Assembly (NCBI GenBank): GCA_039714075.1
Contig: JBDLKA010000110.1
Span: 1 to 11,240, forward strand
Direction of reading: 5' to 3'
Origin: Candidatus Krumholzibacteriota bacterium
GTDB taxonomy: Bacteria > Krumholzibacteriota > Krumholzibacteriia > LZORAL124-64-63
DNA length: 11,240 nt
A program made the translations under genes and the position numbers. Shown here in pieces: positions 1-6,073 of the stretch. Under the pieces are notes generated by a model. The model was not told where the DNA came from and did not search any database. It saw only the letters and a list, made by a program, of their open reading frames with translations. How positions within the stretch are numbered: position 1 is the first letter of the stretch; the number at the start of each line of letters is the position of its first letter.

Positions 1-1419
1 GGCCCCCAGGTGATCGTCGGCACCCCGGGACGCATCCAGGATCACCTGGATCGGGGAACCCTCGATTTGAGCGATGTGTCCTGCGTCGTGCTGGACGAAG
101 CCGACGAAATGCTGCGCATGGGATTTGTCGAAGAGGTCGAGGCCATCATTTCGAAGGCCCCCGAAGACCGGCAGATGGCCCTGTTCTCGGCCACCATGCC
201 CCCGCAGATCAAACGCATTTCCAAAAGGTATCTGCAAGAGCCGACCGAAGTGCGCATCGAAGCCAAGACGATCACCGCGGAAAACATCGAGCAGGTCTAT
301 CTGGTGGTTCCCAACGCCGCCAAGTTCGAGGCCCTGGCCCGAATCCTGGAAACCGAGTCCTACGACGGAATCCTCATTTTCTCGCGCACCCGGATCGGGA
401 CGACGGAATTGACCGAAAGGTTGGCGGCCCGGGGATTCGATGCCGCCGCCCTCAACGGCGAGATGGACCAGAAGACCCGCGAACGAACGGTCAAACGCCT
501 GAAAAACGGCAAGGTCGACATCGTGGTGGCCACCGACGTGGCCGCACGCGGCCTGGATGTGGAACGGATTTCACTGGTGATCAACTACGACATCCCCGGC
601 GATTCCGAGGCCTACATCCACCGCATCGGACGGACCGGCCGCGTGGGCCGTTACGGGAAGGCGATCCTGTTCGCCAGCCCCCGGGAAAGACGTTTGCTGC
701 AGTCCATCGAACGGGCGACCCGCCAGCCGCTGAAGCGGATGGATATGCCCAGCCACGACGCCGTCACCAAAAAGCGCGTCGAAAAATTCCGCGATCAGCT
801 GTCCGAAATGATGGCCAAGGAGTCGCTGGAGTTTTTCCAGGACCTGAGTTTCGAGTTGATGGAAGAGTTGAACGTCGACATCCTGCAGCTGGCCGCCGGT
901 GCCTTGTATTACGCCCAGAAAGACCGTCCCCTGCAGGCGGAACAGACCCGCGATTTGAGGAGTCCCCGGTGGGATGATCCCAGGCCGACCGGTCGTGATC
1001 GCGGTCCGGGACGGGGCCGGCCCTCGAAAAACATGACCCTGTACCGGCTGGATGTGGGATCCGGCGACGGGGTGGAGGTCCGCAACATCGTGGGGGCGAT
1101 CGCCAATGAAACGGGTCTGCGGAGCCGGTTCATCGGGCAGATCCGCATCCATCCGGATTATTCGACCGTCGAACTGCCGGACGATCTGCCCCGGAACATG
1201 ATCGAGCATCTGAAGAAAACCTATGTCGGCCACAAGCCGCTGAAGATTTCGCGGGTCGGGAGTGGGGGTTCCCCTCACGCCGGGGGCAAGGACGAGCGGG
1301 GTCCGAAATCGAAAAAGGTGAAAGCCCGCAAGCCGGTGGGGCCCAAAAGAAAAAAATCGAAGAAGGCCGTCGGGAAAGCGAAGCGTCCCAAAACCGGGAA
1401 GGGCAAGGGGAAACCCTGA
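1..1419 (+). CDS. deaD: ATP-dependent DEAD-box RNA helicase DeaD/CsdA (5'-truncated by window edge)
   Basis: Frame is open from base 1 (GPQVIVGTPGR). Helicase motifs: GTPGR (Ib), VLDEADEML (II, DEAD at 94-105), FSAT (III), ATDVAARGLD (V), YIHRIGRTGR (VI). C-terminal DbpA-type RNA-binding domain (YRLDVG..DGV...NIVGAIANE....IGQI.I...YSTVELP), then a Lys-rich tail. TGA at 1417-1419. The Q motif and Walker A lie upstream of the window. Confidence 0.95.
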   Translation, partial: GPQVIVGTPGRIQDHLDRGTLDLSDVSCVVLDEADEMLRMGFVEEVEAIISKAPEDRQMALFSATMPPQIKRISKRYLQEPTEVRIEAKTITAENIEQVYLVVPNAAKFEALARILETESYDGILIFSRTRIGTTELTERLAARGFDAAALNGEMDQKTRERTVKRLKNGKVDIVVATDVAARGLDVERISLVINYDIPGDSEAYIHRIGRTGRVGRYGKAILFASPRERRLLQSIERATRQPLKRMDMPSHDAVTKKRVEKFRDQLSEMMAKESLEFFQDLSFELMEELNVDILQLAAGALYYAQKDRPLQAEQTRDLRSPRWDDPRPTGRDRGPGRGRPSKNMTLYRLDVGSGDGVEVRNIVGAIANETGLRSRFIGQIRIHPDYSTVELPDDLPRNMIEHLKKTYVGHKPLKISRVGSGGSPHAGGKDERGPKSKKVKARKPVGPKRKKSKKAVGKAKRPKTGKGKGKP

Positions 1420-1448
1420 GCAGGTGCGCCGGGACAGACACAGTTGAA

Positions 1449-2420
1449 TCAGTGTACCGAGGCCGCCTTCGCTGACCGATCAGCCCGGAACAGGCCCCAA
1501 TGTTTTTCCACCTCGGCGGGATGCTCGCCGCCCTTCCAGTTCTCGTCAAAGGCCTCGAAGAAGAATACGGGCAACCGCTTCGCCTCCGCCCAGGACCGGA
1601 CGGCGTCATAAAAAATCTTCTGCTCGGTTTCACCCGGCCGGCCCTTGATCAGCTCCGCCTGCTCCCCTTGATCGTGAACCGAAGTCGCCCAACCTGTTTC
1701 GCCGAGCACGACAGCGCGGTTCGCGTGCAACACCTGCACCGCCGCGACCTGTTCGCGCAGCCAGGGCAGCGAGGCCTCGAGCTGCAAACCATTCCACATG
1801 GGATGGGCGTGCATGGTGATGAAGTCGATTTCCACGGCCAGCGCCCGGCTCTCGGGTTTGTTCCAGTAGTTGAAATCATCGGCCACGGTGACCGGGACCG
1901 TGACCCCGGCGCGCACCCGGCGAACGTTGACGAGCAGGGTGTCGAAGGGGGAACGGTGGGCCGACCAGTGGATCTGAGTCTCGTTGCCCACGCTGACGGC
2001 GACCACCAGATCGCCGAAGGCGGCGGCCAGACGGATGGCGGCGTCGACCTCGCGGCGGTTGGCTTCCGGGGCATCAGGGGCGATCCACACCCCGAGCACC
2101 ACCTTCATGTCCAAACCGTCGTCGCGGATCACGTCCAGGAGTGTTTCGGCGAAGCCAGTCGAGCCGTAGATGCGCAGCAGATTCCATTGGGAGAGCATCA
2201 GGGCGAGGTCTTCCCGGATCTCGGCCGCCGACGGGTCCACGCTTCCGGGCCGCTGACCGTCACGGTGGGGGCCGTAGCAGATCGCATTGCCGATCCAGCG
2301 GTCACCGCTGTACGGGCGGAATTCCCGCACCGTGAAAGGATCTTCCCGGAGGTAGGGATCAGTGTCCTTCCCGCATCCGGCCACCAGGACAAGCAGCAGG
2401 ACCGGGATCAGCCGTTTCAT
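1449..2420 (-). CDS. Glycoside hydrolase family 17 (beta-1,3-glucanase/transglucosylase) lipoprotein, 323 aa
   Basis: The probable start is ATG at 2420: GGAGG lies just upstream and the ATG overlaps the MFS stop (ATGA). N-terminus MKRLIPVLLLVLVAG-C is a type II signal peptide with lipobox VAGC. GH17 motifs: ICYGP, LRIYG, AVSVGNE (acid/base Glu at 1980-1982), VLGETGW (nucleophile Glu at 1698-1700), FFFEAFDENWK, EKHWGLF. Confidence 0.9.
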   Translation of the reverse strand: MKRLIPVLLLVLVAGCGKDTDPYLREDPFTVREFRPYSGDRWIGNAICYGPHRDGQRPGSVDPSAAEIREDLALMLSQWNLLRIYGSTGFAETLLDVIRDDGLDMKVVLGVWIAPDAPEANRREVDAAIRLAAAFGDLVVAVSVGNETQIHWSAHRSPFDTLLVNVRRVRAGVTVPVTVADDFNYWNKPESRALAVEIDFITMHAHPMWNGLQLEASLPWLREQVAAVQVLHANRAVVLGETGWATSVHDQGEQAELIKGRPGETEQKIFYDAVRSWAEAKRLPVFFFEAFDENWKGGEHPAEVEKHWGLFRADRSAKAASVH

Positions 2421-3877
2421 GCCGGATCCTCCGAGGGTTCGATGTCGTTCAGCCGGCCCCGGCGGCGTTCCAGCTCTTCGCGCACGGCACGGGCCTTCTC
2501 CTCGGTGATCGGGAACTTGTAGATCGCCCAGATGGCGATGGCCGAGGTCGTCACGGGAACGATGGCGTCGAACAGGCGCAGCAGGAAGAGGGTCCGGGCG
2601 GACTGGTCCCCGCCCAGTTCGACGTCGAACCCCGTGGCGTTCAACAGCAGGCCACCCCCGGCCAGGGCCGCGGAGATCCCCAGCTTGACGGTCCACCAGA
2701 AGATCGACCCGAACATGCCCTCGCGCCGCTCGTGGGTCTTCAACTCGTCGCTGTCCACCACGTCGGCCACCATGGAGGGACCCAGCGTCCACAGCCCACC
2801 GAAACCGAAGCCCAGCAAGGGTGCGGGAAGCATGACCATCCAGGGGTGGGCCGGGTTGTAGCAGAAGAAACGGACCCCGTATCCGACGATGGAAAGTCCG
2901 ATGGCGACGAAGAACGCGTGCCGCTTGCCGATCCGCGAAGCCATTCTTGTCACCAGGGCCACGGCCAGGATGGTGCAGGCGGTGCCCGCGGCACCGGCCC
3001 ACCCGATCCACGTGGCGCCGGCGGCCTGGTCCCCGCCCTTGACGTAATAGATCAGGACGTAGGGCTGGAATGAAGCGATGAGCATGAAGCCGTTGAACAC
3101 CATGAAGGTGGCCAGGCAAAGCTTCAGGAAGGGGCCGTTCCGCAGGGTGACGCCGAAACCGCGGATGAAGTCCTTCATCCCTTCGGCGAAGGATTTTCCG
3201 GTCGTGGATTCAGCTTTGGCGATGTTCTTCATCCGTTCGCGCAGGAAGATCGCCGGAATGATTCCCAGACCGATGGCCACGATCCCCACGAGGATCGCCA
3301 GCCAGGCCGCGCCCGACAGCTGGTCCTCGAAGCGGTCCAGGGTGGTGAACTTCAGGAAGAAAGGGGAAATGAGGTAGACGATGTTACCGATCATGCTCTG
3401 GGTGCCCATCAGGCGGGTGCGCTCGTGGTAGTCCGGCGTCAGTTCGTAGCCGAGGGCGACCCAGGGAGTGGCGAAGACGGTGTAGGCGGCGAAGAACAGG
3501 ATCGACCCGATCAGGAACCAGTAGTAGTAGAAGTCCTCGCTCTGTCCGCGCGGCAGTTGCCACAGGACCGCGAAGATGATGCCCACCGTGATGGCCCCCC
3601 AGAAGAGGTAGGGGCGGCGCCGGCCCCAGCGCGACCGCGTATTGTCGGAGACGAACCCCATGACCGGATCGGTGAAGGCGTCGGTCAGCCGCGGGATGGC
3701 GCCCAGGAGTCCGACCAGGGCCGGGTTCATTCCCAGTGCCAGGTTGAGGATGATCATCATCCCGCCGCTGGCGGCGGCGAGCATGTTGTTGACAAAAGCT
3801 CCCGCTCCGTACGCCACCCGGTGTGAAACCTTGACCCGGTCTTCGGGCGCTGTCTTGTAATGGGTGGCGGCGCTCAT
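2417..3877 (-). CDS. MFS transporter, glycoside-pentoside-hexuronide (GPH/MelB-like) family, 486 aa
   Basis: About 12 hydrophobic segments. GPH signatures DAFTDPVMGFVSDNTRSRWGRRRPY, ELTPDYHERTRL and SMVADVVDSDELKTHERREGMFGS. Its stop overlaps the GH17 start. Confidence 0.93.
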   Translation of the reverse strand: MSAATHYKTAPEDRVKVSHRVAYGAGAFVNNMLAAASGGMMIILNLALGMNPALVGLLGAIPRLTDAFTDPVMGFVSDNTRSRWGRRRPYLFWGAITVGIIFAVLWQLPRGQSEDFYYYWFLIGSILFFAAYTVFATPWVALGYELTPDYHERTRLMGTQSMIGNIVYLISPFFLKFTTLDRFEDQLSGAAWLAILVGIVAIGLGIIPAIFLRERMKNIAKAESTTGKSFAEGMKDFIRGFGVTLRNGPFLKLCLATFMVFNGFMLIASFQPYVLIYYVKGGDQAAGATWIGWAGAAGTACTILAVALVTRMASRIGKRHAFFVAIGLSIVGYGVRFFCYNPAHPWMVMLPAPLLGFGFGGLWTLGPSMVADVVDSDELKTHERREGMFGSIFWWTVKLGISAALAGGGLLLNATGFDVELGGDQSARTLFLLRLFDAIVPVTTSAIAIWAIYKFPITEEKARAVREELERRRGRLNDIEPSEDPA

Positions 3878-3936
3878 TGGGTCACACCGATCGTTTGCTT
3901 CGGGTTTTCGGCTTCATCACACGAAAGTTCCAGCTT

Positions 3937-3953
3937 TGTACGAATTCCGAACA
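3937..3953. promoter_or_regulatory. Putative operator, copy 1 (TGTACGA-ATT-CCGAACA)
   Basis: Imperfect 7-3-7 palindrome, extendable to CTTTGT...ACAAAG (3934-3956). Covers the predicted transcription start of the MFS promoter and shares the CCGAACA half-site with copy 2. Confidence 0.5.
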
Positions 3954-3981
3954 AAGTACCCTGACGAGCCCTGACGGTCAA
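3953..3981 (-). promoter_or_regulatory. Putative sigma70-type promoter for the MFS-GH17 operon
   Basis: Minus-strand TTGACC (3981-3976), 17-bp spacer, TACTTT (3958-3953), about 75 bp upstream of the MFS ATG at 3877. Confidence 0.55.
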
Positions 3982-4188
3982 CAGGATTCTCGTGGCGACT
4001 GGTGGCCTTGGCGGGAGGTTTTGGGGATGATGATTTCTTCATACTGGTGCAATCCCGATCCAAAATTAACAACTCCGGTGTTGATCTGGATATCATCAAC
4101 CAGCTTATCAAAGTTAACTTTATTTTTGACAACAAGTAAAGTGGTTTTTAGCGAATTGCACTTTTCTTGGATATATTAAATTTTAGAC

Positions 4189-4218
4189 TTGATTCGGTTA
4201 CCGAACATAGTTTACAAT
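4189..4218 (+). promoter_or_regulatory. Putative sigma70-type promoter for 4340-5059
   Basis: TTGATT (4189-4194), 18-bp spacer, TACAAT (4213-4218), with an AT-rich upstream tract. Confidence 0.5.
4191..4207. promoter_or_regulatory. Putative operator, copy 2 (GATTCGG-TTA-CCGAACA)
   Basis: Contains the perfect inverted repeat TTCGGT-T-ACCGAA (4193-4205). Overlaps the -35 and spacer of the rightward promoter. Confidence 0.5.
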
Positions 4219-4339
4219 TGATGTATTGGAATCAGCCATGCAAATAAAGCAGGCCCGTTGGGACTGTGCGGATTGTGCGGGTCGGATTCTGAGGTTTCCT
4301 GATGCACAGTGGGTCGCCTTACAACGAAAGGTCCTCAAA

Positions 4340-5059
4340 ATGAAAAACAGAGCTAATGCCTTGTTCGCGGTTGCGGTCCTGATCTGCCTGATACCCGCCA
4401 CGGGTCTCGCGCTGATGCCCTACAACCAGGACTTCGAAGGCCTGAACCAGGCCGACACCGCCGCGCTGGGCAACGACGGCTGGTTGGTCTACGCCAACGT
4501 CTTCGGTCCCGACTGGGCCTACTGGTACGGCTACGGTCCCTTCCCGGCTCCCAACGACGGCTTCGGTTTCTGCCAGATCGCCGCCGGTGAAGGCGGCATC
4601 GGCCAGGGCGCCCAGCAGTTGGTTGCTTTCAGCGACTACAACAACGGTGACCACGGCAACAGTGCTTTCATCGAGTCCCTCGTCTTCCAGGAAATGATCA
4701 TCGGCCCCGGTGACGTGTCTGAAGACTGGGTCTTCGAATTCCACGCCAAGATGGGGAACCTGGAAGGGTCCTCGACCGCGCTGGCCTTCATCAAGACGCT
4801 GGATCCGGGTGCCGGTTGGGCCACGACCAACTACATCACCTTGGACATGACGGCCATTCCCGCCAACTGGGCGGCCTATGCGCTTTCGATCACCATCGAC
4901 CCGAGCCTGGACGGCCAGATCCTGCAGATCGGCTTCCAGAACATCGCGACCAACTATGAAGGCTCCGGAGTCTTCTACGACAACGTCAGGTTCTACCCGA
5001 CGGGTCCGGTCGGGACCGAGGAGATGAGCTTCGGGGCGGTGAAGTCCCTGTTCCGGTAG
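4340..5059 (+). CDS. Secreted hypothetical protein, probable beta-sandwich (CBM-like) domain plus C-terminal tag VGTEEMSFGAVKSLFR, 239 aa
   Basis: ATG at 4340 preceded by GAAAGG (4326-4331). Sec signal peptide MKNRANALFAVAVLICLIPATGLA. The mature part starts YNQDFE and ends GVFYDNVRF, the termini typical of galactose-binding-like CBM folds. Aromatic-rich, GC-rich third codon positions, followed by a terminator. Confidence 0.85.
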   Translation: MKNRANALFAVAVLICLIPATGLALMPYNQDFEGLNQADTAALGNDGWLVYANVFGPDWAYWYGYGPFPAPNDGFGFCQIAAGEGGIGQGAQQLVAFSDYNNGDHGNSAFIESLVFQEMIIGPGDVSEDWVFEFHAKMGNLEGSSTALAFIKTLDPGAGWATTNYITLDMTAIPANWAAYALSITIDPSLDGQILQIGFQNIATNYEGSGVFYDNVRFYPTGPVGTEEMSFGAVKSLFR

Positions 5060-5084
5060 AAATGGAAATACCTCTTCGCTGATG

Positions 5085-5118
5085 AGTGGGGCCCGGTGAT
5101 GCCGGGCCCCGCTTTTTT
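5085..5118 (+). terminator. Rho-independent terminator
   Basis: Stem GGGGCCCGG (5088-5096) / CCGGGCCCC (5102-5110), loop TGATG, then T6 (5113-5118). Begins about 25 nt after the stop at 5059. Confidence 0.9.
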
Positions 5119-5255
5119 GACCACCGGCGTGCAGGAGTTCTCCAGGGGAGCCTTCCGGATGGCTAACGAAATCTGGCGCAAATCCCTCTTTTTGATATCG
5201 TATAGTCGATAAGCCCGCTTTGTCGGGCACGATATTATGGTGGAAAGGGGGAGCC

Positions 5256-6020
5256 ATGCGTATCAAAGCTATCCCAATCATTCTGTTTCTAGTCACGATG
5301 CTTACGGTTCCGGCCCTCGCCGGACCCTACTATGCCCGCGGTTCCTATTATGCCGGCACAGGTGAGATCTGGGGCACCGATGCCGGGAACGAGCTGTTCG
5401 ATGACGGTCTTCACGGCGACGGTGCGGCAGGCGATGGTGTGTATGGCGCTTTCGTGACGGCCGATCAGGACGTCGGTCCCCACGAGTGGAAAATCGCCAC
5501 GGTCGACTGGACCGAGAACTACCCGAACAACCCACTCTTCCCCATGGCCAACGCCGTTCTGTATCTGTTGAACCCGGGAGAGGTGGTCCATTTCCTTTTG
5601 GACACCAACACCCTGGGAGATGGCTGGCAGCCGGCAGCCAACGCGGTCGCTTGCAGCCACTTCGACATTCCGCTGCCCGGTTTCGAGTTTGAGCTGATCG
5701 GCAGCCCGCCCGAGTTGGGTGAGTGGCTGTTCGGCATCCCGGTCGTGATGCAGGAAGACCTCTGGTTCGCATTCGCCACCATCGCGGCTCCTGGCGCCCA
5801 TGAGTTCAAGTTCCGGGTCATCGACACCTGGGATTTCTGCAACCTGGGCATCCACTACAACATGTTCCGCGGCCAAAACTTCACCTTCGAGACGGTTGAT
5901 CCCCTGACCACGGTGCGGTTCGAGTTCAACCCCCTGGATGGGCGGGGCCGGGCGGTTCTCGACGGGTCCGTCGACGTGGAAGAGATGAGCTGGGGTCGGG
6001 TCAAGGGGTTGTATAGGTAG
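5256..6020 (+). CDS. Secreted hypothetical protein with DDGxxGDxxAGDGVY (choice-of-anchor X-like) motif, CBM/SusE-like beta modules and C-terminal tag VDVEEMSWGRVKGLYR, 254 aa
   Basis: ATG at 5256 preceded by AAGGGGGAG. Signal peptide MRIKAIPIILFLVTMLTVPALA. LFDDGLHGDGAAGDGVYG at 5394-5447. Two loosely repeated units (GPHEWKIATVDW / GAHEFKFRVIDTW). TAG at 6018-6020. Confidence 0.85.
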   Translation: MRIKAIPIILFLVTMLTVPALAGPYYARGSYYAGTGEIWGTDAGNELFDDGLHGDGAAGDGVYGAFVTADQDVGPHEWKIATVDWTENYPNNPLFPMANAVLYLLNPGEVVHFLLDTNTLGDGWQPAANAVACSHFDIPLPGFEFELIGSPPELGEWLFGIPVVMQEDLWFAFATIAAPGAHEFKFRVIDTWDFCNLGIHYNMFRGQNFTFETVDPLTTVRFEFNPLDGRGRAVLDGSVDVEEMSWGRVKGLYR

Positions 6021-6026
6021 GGCTGG

Positions 6027-6058
6027 AATATAAAGAGGGGCCCCCCGGGGGGCCCTCT
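6027..6058 (-). terminator. Intrinsic terminator between convergent genes (best fit for the minus-strand GH16 gene; possibly bidirectional)
   Basis: Minus strand reads AGAGGGCCCCCCGGGGGGCCCCTCT-TTATATT: a GC hairpin followed by a T-rich tail, within the 53-bp gap between the stops at 6020 (+) and 6074 (-). Confidence 0.7.
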
Positions 6059-6073
6059 GCCGACAAACATATT

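Noticed and set aside
1500..2522. 340-aa plus-strand ORF, and similar antisense ORFs 571-1278, 4319-5296, 5289-5876, 6389-7159
   Set aside because: Each mostly or entirely overlaps a well-supported gene on the opposite strand and has no domain signature.
2421..3119. 233-aa N-terminal extension of the GH17 ORF (556-aa call, 1449-3119)
   Set aside because: It lies in another frame inside the MFS gene and is Arg/Gly-rich shadow sequence. ATG 2420 has an RBS, a lipoprotein signal and an ATGA overlap.
4080..4100. FNR/CRP-like box (TTGAT...ATCAA)
   Set aside because: The spacer is 9 bp rather than the 4 bp of an FNR site; kept only as an unassigned inverted repeat.
3877..4179. Small ORFs in the divergent intergenic region (3877-4179 +, 3917-4135 -, 4198-4401 -)
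   Set aside because: Atypical AT-rich composition, no convincing RBS or motif, and they overlap predicted promoters and operators.
4226..4339. Upstream in-frame starts for the secreted proteins (4226; likewise 5220 for the next gene)
   Set aside because: ATG 4340 and ATG 5256 have RBSs and place the signal peptides at the N-terminus.
5173..5190. Possible sigma54 promoter (CTGGCGC) upstream of 5256
   Set aside because: No TTGC/GC -12 element at the required spacing.
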